A DNA stretch of 64,000 nt from Centroscyllium fabricii (Eukaryota): NCBI GenBank assembly GCA_051313645.2, contig JBNRSN020000194.1, positions 248,001 to 312,000 on the forward strand. The letters run 5' to 3'. Shown here piece by piece: positions 28,701 through 38,793 of the stretch. Position numbers and translations under genes: made by a program. The first letter of the stretch is position 1. Every line of letters starts with the position of its first letter. Below the pieces are notes generated by a model. That model had not been told where the DNA came from, searched no databases, and saw nothing but the letters and a program-made list of their open reading frames with translations.

Positions 28701-30027
28701 GCGGTGGCGGATCGAACTCCCGACTTACGAGTATGACATTCTTTACCGACCAGGCAAACTCAATGAACCCCCGGACGCACTGTCCAGGGGAACGTGCGCC
28801 AGTGCCCAGCTAGACCAGCTGAAGGACCTCCACGACCGCCTTTGCCACCCGGGTGTCACCAGACTCGCCCACTTCATTAGATCCCGTAGCCTCCCCTACT
28901 CCATCACGGAGATCAAGGCTATGACCCGAGAGTGCCCTGTTTGCGCCGAGTGCAAACCCCAATTTTTCCGGCCAGACACGGTGCACCTCATCAAGGCCAC
29001 CCGCCCCTTTGAACGTCTCAGCATGGACTTCAAAGGCCCCCTCCCCACCACCGACCGCAACTCATACTTCCTCACGGTCGTAGATGAGTTCTCCCGTTTC
29101 CCCTTCACCTTCCCCTGCGCAGATATGACAAGCGCAACGGTGATAAAACACTTCACCACGCTGTTTGCCATCTTCGGTCTCCCTAGCTACATCCATAGCG
29201 ACCGGGGGTCATCGTTCATGAGCGATGAACTGCGTCAGTTTCTGCTCCAGAAAGGGGTTGCCACGAGCAGAACGACCAGTTATAACCCCCGGGGGAACGG
29301 CCAGGTAGAAAGGGAGAATAGCATCATCTGGAAGGCGGTCACCCTGGCCCTGAAGTCCAGAGGCCTTCCAGTGGCCCATTGGCAGGCAGTGCTCCCAGAC
29401 ACGCTGCATTCTATACGCTCTCTCCTATGTACGGCCACTATCGCAACTCCTCATGATTTGATTTTTGCTTTTCCCAGGAAGTCAACTTCGGGGACAGCTC
29501 TTCTTCCATGGCTCACGACATCGGGGCTGGTCTTCCTTAGAAGACACGTTCGGGGCCACAAGGCCGACCCCCTGGTGGACAAGGTGCAGCTCCTGCATGC
29601 GAACATGCAATACGCATTCGTGCAGTTCCCGGACGGGCGTGAGGACACCGTATCTATCAGGGACCTGGCGCCCGCAGGTAGCACCGCAGAGCCCCTGGTC
29701 GGTCAGCAGGCCGCCCAGCCACAGTATCCAGAACACCCCCTACACCTACAATGGCCTCCGAGTTTTCCAGAGCCCCAGCTGTGGCCACTCCAGGACCACC
29801 ACTCCGATAGCTCGGACCAGCGGAGACCATCGCCACCTGAAACCAGGGCACCGGGGCAACGGTCACCACCAGCGGACTCGAGCAGCACGGACCATGAGGG
29901 GTCATCACCGGAACTCCGGCGGTCCTCCAGGCTGGCACGACCACCGGATAAGTTGATATTGAACTGCTCGGTCCATTCACCCGGGTCCATTCACCCCCCT
30001 GAACTTAAATTTTTCAAGAAGGGGTGA
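25733..30027 (+). pseudogene. gag-pol: Disrupted gag-pol polyprotein (Gag with two Cys/His knuckles, aspartic protease, RT, RNase H, integrase)
   Basis: One frameshift near 26131, then a single frame with in-frame stops at 26419-26421 and 28672-28674. Motifs: CYFCSQGLHPRA*C and CERCAKKGHYAKAC, LFDTGSTES, DLKSAYHQL, VPFG, YLDN, ESDASDF/EKEA/TDQRS, LHDRLCHPG..CPVC, MDFKGP/SDRG/QVERE. Confidence 0.93.
26675..27035 (+). repeat. 45-bp (15-aa) in-frame tandem repeat, about 8 units, between the Gag knuckles and the protease
   Basis: Units in 45-bp register at 26683, 26728, 26773, 26818, and near-identical units at 26901, 26946, 26991; translation AACEPRAPP.../PTMCEPGAPPFCLQG. Confidence 0.9.
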
Positions 30028-30028
30028 A
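30016..30028 (+). promoter_or_regulatory. Polypurine tract of the gypsy element
   Basis: AAGAAGGGGTGAA directly before the TG of the 3' LTR. Confidence 0.85.
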
Positions 30029-30307
30029 TGTGGTAACCCATAATGTTATGTATACCACTGTATTCTTGTTGCCAATATTTGGCTGAGTATATGTGCTACA
30101 CAGCCCTGTAACACTGTCGGGAGCCAGGTCAGCCACACCTCTAACTCCTCCCCCAGGTGAGGCCTTTATAAGTGGAGACTGACTGAGGCTCCCTCATTCC
30201 TGCTTAGATGCTCGTTCGGAGGGTAGCTCCTAAGTAAGTGATTAAAAGCCTATAGTTACGGTAACTACTCGTTGAGTCTTTTAATCCGAGATATTGACGA
30301 TACGTCA
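30029..30307 (+). repeat. 3' LTR of the gypsy element
   Basis: Direct repeat of 25429-25707 at offset 4600, followed by TSD GAGCA. Confidence 0.96.
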
Positions 30308-31696
30308 GAGCACCCGCCCCTGACTGAGAATACTCGGAGCACCCACCCCTGACTTGAATACTCGGAGCTCCCGCCCCTCACTCAGAATACTGAGAGCACC
30401 CGCCCCTGACTGAGAATACTCGGAGCACCCGCCCCCGACTGAGAATACTGAGAGCAGCCGCCCCTGACTAAGAATACTGAGAGCACCCGCCCCTGACTGA
30501 GAATGCTCAGAGCACCCGCCCCTTACTGAGAATAGTGAGAGCACCCGCCCCTGACTGAGAATACTCGGAGTACCCACTCCTGACTGAGAATACTCGGAGT
30601 ACCCACCACTGACTGAGAATACTCAGAGCACTCGCCCCTGACTGAACATACTCGGAGCACCCACCGCTGACTGAGAATACTTGGAGCAGCCACCCCTGAA
30701 TGAAAATACTCGGAGCACCCGCCCCTGACTGAGAATACTCAGAGCACTCGCCCCGACTGAGAATACTCGGAGCACCCACCCCTGATTGAGAATACTCGGA
30801 GCACCCGCCACTGTCTGAGAATTATCGGAGCACCCGCCCCTGACTCAGAATACTCGGAGCACACACCCCCGACTGAGAATACTCGGAGCACTCTCCCCTG
30901 ACTGAGAATACTGGGAGCACACACCCCTTACTGATAATACTCGGATCACACACCCGTAACTGAGAATACTCGGAGCACCCGTCCCTGACTGAGAATACTC
31001 GGAGCACTCGCCCCTGACTGAAAATATTCGGGGCACTCCCCCTGACTCAGAATACTCAGAGCACCCGCCCCTGATTGAGAATACTGAGAGCACCCGACCC
31101 TGACTGAGAATACTTGGAGCACCTACCCCTGACTGAGAATAGTCGGAGCACCTGCCCCTGACTTAGAATACTCGGAGCACCCGCCCCTGACTGAGAATAC
31201 TCAGAGCACCCGCCTCTGACTGAGAATACTCAGAGCACCCGCCCCTGACTGAGAATACTCAGAGCACCCGCCCCTGACTGAGTATACTGAGAGCACCCAC
31301 CCCTGACTGAGAATACACGGAGCACCCGCCCCTGACTGAGAATACTCGGAGCACCCGCACCTGACTTAGAATAATCGGAGCACCCGCCCCTGACTTTGAA
31401 TACTCGGAGCACCCGCCCCTGACTGATACTACTCGGTGCACCCGCCCCTGACTGAGAATACCTGGTGCACCCGGCGTGACTGAGAATACTCGGAGCTCCC
31501 ACCCCTGACTGAGTATACTCAGAGCACCCGCCCCTGACTGAGAATACTCAGAGCTCCCGCCCCTGACTGAGTATACTCGAAGCACCCGCCCCTGACTGAG
31601 AATACTCGGAGCACACACCCCTGACTGAGAATACTGGGAGCACCCGCCCCTGACTGAGAATATTGGGAGCACTCGCCCCTGACTGAGAATACTGAG
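30308..31696. repeat. 29-bp satellite
   Basis: Same monomer, resumes in phase after the TSD. Confidence 0.97.
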
Positions 31697-31996
31697 TGTG
31701 ACCGAAATAATGACCTCGTGGACGAGTAGTTATAAGGGTGAAAGAATACGGCTTTTATTCACTAAATGGTGGACATGCACAAGGTAGTCGACAGTCCCCA
31801 GGAATGGCTGGGGGATGGGAGACGGCCACTTATATACCTCCTCCTGGGAGGGAGGAGTCGAGTGCGGAGCCAGCCTGGGCATGTCCAGGTAATCGTACAA
31901 CAGGTTAAACAGGTTATATACAAACATAAGTATAAGCACAATTACAGAGATACATCATAGGGTGAGTATATACAGTGGAAACAGTGGTTTACCACA
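31697..31996 (-). mobile_element. Solo LTR (300 bp) of a gypsy family related to the element at 25429
   Basis: TG...CA ends; minus strand begins TGTGGTAAACCA (compare TGTGGTAACCCA); minus-strand TATATAA (31830-31836) and AATAAA (31754-31759); flanks CTGAG/CTAAG form a 5-bp TSD with one mismatch. Confidence 0.88.
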
Positions 31997-34900
31997 CTAA
32001 GAGCACCCGCCCCTGACTGAGAATATTCGGAGCACCCGCCCCTGACTTAGAATAATCGGAGCACCCGCCCCTGACTGAGAATAATCGGAGCATCCGCCCC
32101 TGACTGATACTACTCGGAGCTCCCGCCCCTGACTGAGAATTCCTGGGGCACCCGGCGTGACTGTGAATACTCGGAGCTCCGACCCCTGACTGAGTATACT
32201 CAGAGCACCCGCCCCTGTCTGAGAATAGTCGGAGCACCCACCCCTGACTGAGTATACTCGGAGCACCCGCCCCTGACTGACAATACTGAGAGCACACGCA
32301 CCTGACTGAGAATACTGAGAGCACCCGCCCCTGACTGAGAATACTTGGAGCACCCGCACCTGACTGAGAATACTCAGAGCACTCGCCCCTGACTGAGAAT
32401 ACTGAGAGCACCCGCCCCTGACTGAGAATACTCAGAGCACTCGCCTCTGACTGAGAATACTCGGAGCACTCGCCCCTGACTGAGGATACTCAGAGTACCC
32501 GCCCCTTACTCAGAATATTGAGAGCATCCGCCCCTGACTCAGAACACCGAGAGCACCCGCTCCTGACTGAGAATGCTCAGAGCACTCGCCCCTAACTGAG
32601 AATACTTGGAGTACGCACCGCTGACAGAGAATACTTGGAGCACCCACCCCTTAATGAGAATACTCGGAGCACACGCCCCTGACTGAGAATACTCGGAGCT
32701 CCCGCCCCTGACTCAGAATACTGAGAGCACCCGCCCCTGACTGAGAATACTGAGAGCACCCGCCCCTGACTGAGAATATTCAGAGCACCCGCCCATGACT
32801 GAGAATATTCGGCGCACCCACCGCTGACTGAGAATACTCGGAGCACCCACCACTGAATGAGAATACTCGGAGCACCCGCCCCTGACTGAGAATACTCAGA
32901 GCACTCGCCCCGACTGATAATACTTGGAGCACCCACCCCTGACTGAGAATACTCGGAGCACCCGCCACTGACTGAGAATTTTCGGAGCACCCGCCCCTGA
33001 CTCCGAATACTCGGAGCACCCACCCCTGACTGAGAATACTAGGAGCACTCGCCCCTGACTGAGAATACTGGGAGCACACACCCCTTACTGAGAATGCTCA
33101 GATCACACACCCGTGACTGAGAATACTCGGAGCACCCGTCCATGACTGAGAATACTCGGAGCACTCGCCCCTGACAGAGAATACTCGGGGCACTCGCCCC
33201 TGACTCTGAATAATCAGAGCACCCGCCCGTGACTGAGAATACTTGGAGCACACACCCCTGACTGAGAATAGTCGGAGCACTCGCCCCTGACTCAGAATAC
33301 TCAGAGCACCCGCCCATGACTGAGAATACTGAGAGCACCCACCCCTGACTGAGAATACTCAGAGCACCCGCCGCTGACTGAGAATACTCAGAGCACCCGC
33401 CCCTGACTGATTATACTGAGAGCACCCGCCCCTGACTGAGAATATTCGGAGCACCCGCCCCTGACTGAGAATACTCGGAGCACCCGCCCCTGAATTAGAA
33501 TAATCGGAGCACCCATCCCTGACTGATAATACTCGGAGTACATGCCCCTGACTGATACTACTCGGAGCACCCGCCCCTTACTCAGAATGACTTTGGCACC
33601 CGGCGTGACTGAGAATATTCGGAGCTCCCACCCCTGACTGAGTATACTCAGAGCATCCGCCCCTGACTGAGAATACTCGGAGTTCCCGCCACTGACTGAG
33701 TATACTCGGAGCACTCGCCACTGACTGAGAATACTGAGAGCATCCCGCCCCTGAATGAGAATACTTGGAGCACCCGCACCTGACTGAGAATACTCAGAGC
33801 ACTCGCCCCTGACTGAGAATACTGAGAGCACCCGCCCCTGACTGAGAATACTCAGAGCACTCGCCTCTGCCTGAGAATACACGGAGCACTCGCCCCTGAC
33901 TGAGGATACTCGGAGTACCCGCCCCTGACTCAGAATACTGAGAGCACCCGGCCCTGACTCAGAATAATCGGAGCACCCATCCCTGACTGATAATACTCGG
34001 AGTACATGCCCCTGACTGATACTACTCGGAGCACCCGCCCCTTACTCAGAATGACTTTGGCACCCGGCGTGACTGAGAATATTCGGAGCTCCCACCCCTG
34101 ACTGAGTATACTCAGAGCATCCGCCCCTGACTGAGAATACTCGGAGTTCCCGCCACTGACTGAGTATACTCGGAGCACTCGCCACTGACTGAGAATACTG
34201 AGAGCATCCCGCCCCTGAATGAGAATACTTGGAGCACCCGCACCTGACTGAGAATACTCAGAGCACTCGCCCCTGACTGAGAATACTGAGAGCACCCGCC
34301 CCTGACTGAGAATACTCAGAGCACTCGCCTCTGCCTGAGAATACACGGAGCACTCGCCCCTGACTGAGGATACTCGGAGTACCCGCCCCTGACTCAGAAT
34401 ACTGAGAGCACCCGGCCCTGACTCAGAATACTGAGAGCACCGGCCCCTGACTGAGAATACTCAGAGCACTCGCCCAGACTGAGAATACTCGGAGCACCCA
34501 CCCCTGACTGAAAATACTCGGAGCACCCGCCACTGACTGAGAATTAACGGAGCACCCGCCCCTGACTCAGAATGCTCGGAGCACACACCCCTGTCTGAGA
34601 CAACTGGTAGCACACCCCCCTTACTGAGAGTACTCGGATCATACACCCGTGACTGAGAATACTCGGAGCACCCGTCACTGACTGAGAATACTCGGAGCAC
34701 CTGTCCCTGACTGAGAATACTTGGAGCACCCGCCACTGACTGAGAATACTCAGAGCACCCGCCACTGACTGAGAATACTCAGAGCACCCGCCCCTGACTG
34801 AGTATACTGAGAGCACCCGCCCCTGACTGAGAATACTCGGAGCACCAACCCCAACTGAGAATACTCGGAGCACACGCACCTGACTTAAAATAATCGGAGT

Positions 34901-37340
34901 ACCCGCCACTGACTGAGAATACTCGGAGCACCCGCCCCTGACTGATACTACTCGGAGCACCCGCCGCTGACTGAGAATACCTGGGGCACCCGTCGTGACT
35001 GAGAATAGTCGGAGCTCCCACCCATGACTGAGTATACTCGGAGCACCAGCCCCTGACTGAGAATATTCGGAGCTCCCGCCCCTGACTGAGTATACTCGGA
35101 GCACCCGCCCCTGACTGAGAATATTCGGAGCACACACCCCTAACTGAGAATACTTGGAGCACCCGACCCTGATTGAGAATATTCGGAGCACTCGCCCCTG
35201 ACTGAGAATACTGAGAGCACCCGCCCCTGACTGAGGATATTCAGAGCACCCACCCCTGACTGAGAATGCTGAGAGAACCCGCACCTGACTGAGAATACTG
35301 AGAGCACCCGCCCCTGATGGAGAATAGTGAGAGCGCCCGCCCCTGACTGAGAAAACTGTGAGCACCCGAACCTGACTGAGAATACACGGAGCACACGCCA
35401 CTGACTGAGAATACTCCAAGCTCCCGCCCCTGACTCAGAATATGAGAGCACCCGCCCCTGACAAAAAATAATCGGAGTACCCGCCCCTGACTGAGAATTG
35501 TCGGAGCACCCGCCCCTGACTGATACTACTCGGAGAACCCGCCCCTGACTGAGAATACCTGGGGCACCCTGCGTGACTGAGAATACTCGAAGCTCCCACC
35601 CCTGACTGAGTATACTCGGATCACCCGCCCCTGACTGAGAATACTTGGAGCTCCCGCCCCTGACTGAGTATACTCGGAGCACCCGCCCCTGTCTGAGAAT
35701 ATTCGGAGCACACACCCCTGACTGAGAATACTTGGAGCAACCGCCCCTGAATGAGAATATTAAGAGCACTCGCCCCTGACTGAGAATACTGAGAGCACCC
35801 GCCCCAGACTGAGGATACTCAGAGCACCTACCCTTGACTGAGAATGCTGAGAGCACCCGCACCTGACTGAGAATAATGAGAGCACCTGCCCCTGTTTGAG
35901 AATTCTGAGAGCACCCGCCCCGACTGAGAATACTGTGAGCACCCGCCCCTGACTGAGAATATTCGGAGCACACGCCCCTGACTGAGAATATTCCAGGCTC
36001 CCGCCCCTGACTCAGAATACTGAGAGCACCTGCCCCTGACTCAGAAAACTCGGAGCACCCGCCACTGACTGAGAATACTGAGAGCACCCGCCCCTGACTG
36101 AGAATACAGAGAGCTCCCGCCCATGACTGAGAATACTTGGAGCACCCACACCTGACTGAGAATACTCAGAGCACTCGCCCCTGACTGAGAATACTGAGAG
36201 CACCCGCCCCTGACTGAGAATACTCAGAGCACTCGCCTCTGACTGAGAATACTCGGAGCACTCGCCCCTGACAGAGGATACCCGGAGTACCCGCCCCTGA
36301 CTCAGAATATTGAGAGCACCCGCCCCTGACTCAAAATACCAAGAGCACCCGCCCCTGACTGAGAATACTCAGAGCACTCGCCCCTAACTGAGAGTACTCG
36401 GAGCATGCACCACTGAATGAGAATACTTGGAGCACCCACCCCTGAATGAGAATACTCGGAGCACACGCCCCTGACTGAGAATACTCGGAGCTCCCGACCC
36501 TGACTCAGAATACTGAGAGCACCCACCCCTGACTGAGAATACTGAGAGCACTCGCCCCTGACTGAGAATATTCGGAGCACCCGCCCCTGACTGAGAATAC
36601 TCAGAGCACCCGCCCATGACTGAGAATATTCGGAGCACCCACCGCTGACTGAGAATAATTGGAGCACCCACCCCTGAATGAGAATACTCGGAGAACCCGC
36701 CCCTGACTGAGAATACTCAGAGCAATCGTCCCGACTTAGAATACTCGGAGCACACACCCCTTACTGAGAATGCTCGGTTCACACACCCGTGACTGAGAAT
36801 ACTCGGAGCACCCGTCCCTGACTGAGAATACTCGGAGCACTCGCCCCTGACAGAGAATACTCGGGGCACTCGCCACTGACTCAGAATAATCAGAGCACCC
36901 GCCCCTGACTGAGAATACTTGGAGCACCCAACCCTGACTGAGAATAGTCGGGGCACTCGCCCCTGACTCAGAATACTCAGAGCACCCGCCCCTGACTGAG
37001 AATACTGAGAGCACCCGCCCCTGACTGAGAATACTCAGAGCACCCGCCCCTGACTGAGAATACTCAGAGCACCCGCCCCTGACTGAGTATACTGAGAGCA
37101 CCCGCCCCTGACTGAGAATACTCGGATCACCCGCCCCTGACTGAGAATACTCGGATTACCCGCCCCTGACTTAGAATAATCGGAGCACTCGTCCCTGACT
37201 GAGAATACTCGGAGTACATGCCCCTGACTGATACTACTCGCAGCACCCGCCCCTTACTCAGAATGACTTTGGCACCCGGCGTGACTGAGAATATTCGGTG
37301 CTCCCACCCCTGACTGAGTATACTCAGAGCACCCGCCCCT
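31997..37340. repeat. 29-bp satellite, containing a 464-bp tandem duplication (33497-33960 / 33961-34424)
   Basis: Same monomer; rare variants (CACCCATCCC, AGTACATGCC, ATGACTTTGGCACC) recur at offset 464 = 16 x 29. Confidence 0.96.
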
Positions 37341-38770
37341 TGTAAGATTTGAGCTGATGTTTCCCGGATCCAGAACTACTATCAACACTTTTATAACACA
37401 GAACTGCAAGCAACATGCTTTTGTTAAAACCGATAATGTGGGGGCACCCTGGGTACGGAGATGTGGCTCTGTACCAGGGAAAAAGGACTATAGCCAGAGA
37501 CTTTTAAAAGAAAACCAGACACAAGCAGGGGCCACAAAATGGCTTCGCCGACCACGTGATCAGCCTGGCAGAGTGAAACTAAAACAGCCCCCCCCACACA
37601 CATTTTTCTGCAAACTCATGACCAGATAGACTTTGGATATTGGTCATGAATAGCCCACATAACGAGATCGAGTCCCCAGACTGGGAGGCGCCGGTGTCCA
37701 GCAGATGGACAAGGGGCACCGAGGTAACCTCGTCAAGTAAAACAAAAGGCCCATAGAAACCCGAGGGCAGGTAATGGGAAAAAGCTTATGCACAGAGATC
37801 GCTTAACAGAAAAAACGTTTACAGGTGGTCAGGAGATTATCGGTCTGTTAAGCGACCATGAGAACAGAAAAGAACAGATCTAACCTCACTTAAAGACAAA
37901 AGGACACTATAGATCTGGCACGCAGATAAGCGCGAGGTGCGGGGGTATAACGGCCAGGGTTTTAAACTGAAGGCAGAAGGAACAGGCTCGGAGAGGGAGA
38001 GAGAGGTTCGGACAGAGGGGAACTGATGAGCTAGAAAGCAAACAGACTGACGAACTGGAGAACGAGAGCTCAAGCAAAGAGCTGATGGCAGTTGATAGCC
38101 AGAAAGAGTAACAGTGTCGTTTTAAAGTGAGAGCTGGAGAGAAGCAGCAGAGGTCTGAACCAGAAAGAAAGGTGCACTCGATTTAGAGATCAGCTAGAAA
38201 GTGCTTGCCTGCATCAGAAGTCGGTGCCAGGAAGCCAGGAAGGCGGAAGAGAGAGAGAGAGAGAGAGCCCCTTCCACAGCTACCTAATCGAAGGACGAAG
38301 GAGGTGCAACACAACGAACCCCGAACCCCCCCAGTAAACATAGCCCATGGTGAGTATGGTGTTCCGCTTCTGCACGTCTGGACATAGGATAGTGTAGGAA
38401 GTGGAGGGTGGGTGTCGTGGAAGCATATTGGGGTGTAGCTGTTTAATGTTTGCCCAATTTTACGTTGTATCGTACCCTCTCCATCCTGTTTTTAATTGAT
38501 TAACGTTTGGTTCTACTGTTGTAATAGTTGAATGTGTAATAAAGGACTGTGTTTTAAACATCACATCTCTGGTCTCTTGGAACTCTGTTCTGGCAGGAAT
38601 TACCTACACTATCACAACTCCTGTACATAAGCCCAGTGTCGAGAACCGTAGGGGGGAGCGTTTCAGACCGCTCACAGGGACCCGGTGTGCGAGGCCTGGT
38701 CGCGGGACCAAGGCAAGGCGCAGGGACTCTAGGTCGAGCCTGGAGAAGGCCGGCTGCCAAACCCCTTACA
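37341..38770 (+). repeat. 5' LTR (1430 bp)
   Basis: Terminal inverted TGTAAG/CTTACA; TATAA 37946-37950; (GA)n run near 38248-38267; AATAAA 38538-38543. Confidence 0.97.
38347..38355 (+). promoter_or_regulatory. Candidate start codon plus splice donor, ATG|GTGAGT, in the LTR
   Basis: Near-consensus U1 donor directly after an ATG; in phase with a candidate acceptor at 41714. Confidence 0.65.
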
Positions 38771-38775
38771 GATTT

Positions 38776-38793
38776 TGGCGACCCAGATGGGAC
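38776..38793 (+). promoter_or_regulatory. Primer-binding site, tRNA-Arg (CCG-type)
   Basis: TGGCGACCCAGATGGGAC, 5 nt after the LTR, is the reverse complement of GTCCCATCTGGGTCGCCA, which I recall as the 3' end of a vertebrate tRNA-Arg(CCG); not checked against a database. Confidence 0.8.

Larger units (their letters stand above)
25429..30307 (+). mobile_element. Full-length Ty3/gypsy LTR retrotransposon (Mag-like single gag-pol ORF), decayed
   Basis: Two 279-bp TG...CA LTRs, 5-bp TSD GAGCA (25424-25428 and 30308-30312), domain order gag-PR-RT-RH-IN, PPT before the 3' LTR. Mag-like is inferred from the short LTRs, two zinc knuckles and single ORF. Confidence 0.96.

Noticed and set aside
25429-30307. 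This gypsy copy as the Pol helper for the pol-less ERV
   Set aside because: It has different LTR ends, TSD length (5 versus 4 bp) and priming mode, and it is itself disrupted and older
31730-31960. ORFs of 69 and 64 aa in the 300-bp insert
   Set aside because: The insert is explained as a solo LTR
38581-38600. Acceptor-like CTCTGTTCTGGCAG|GAA in U5 as the gag splice site
   Set aside because: Joined to the LTR ATG it is out of frame with gag and stops after about 70 codons; it may be used, but nothing supports a product
37357-38760. Short ORFs inside the ERV LTR (90, 78, 60 and 68 aa, duplicated in the 3' LTR) as accessory genes
   Set aside because: They are short, several use non-ATG starts and none has a recognisable motif; their duplication only reflects the LTR repeat
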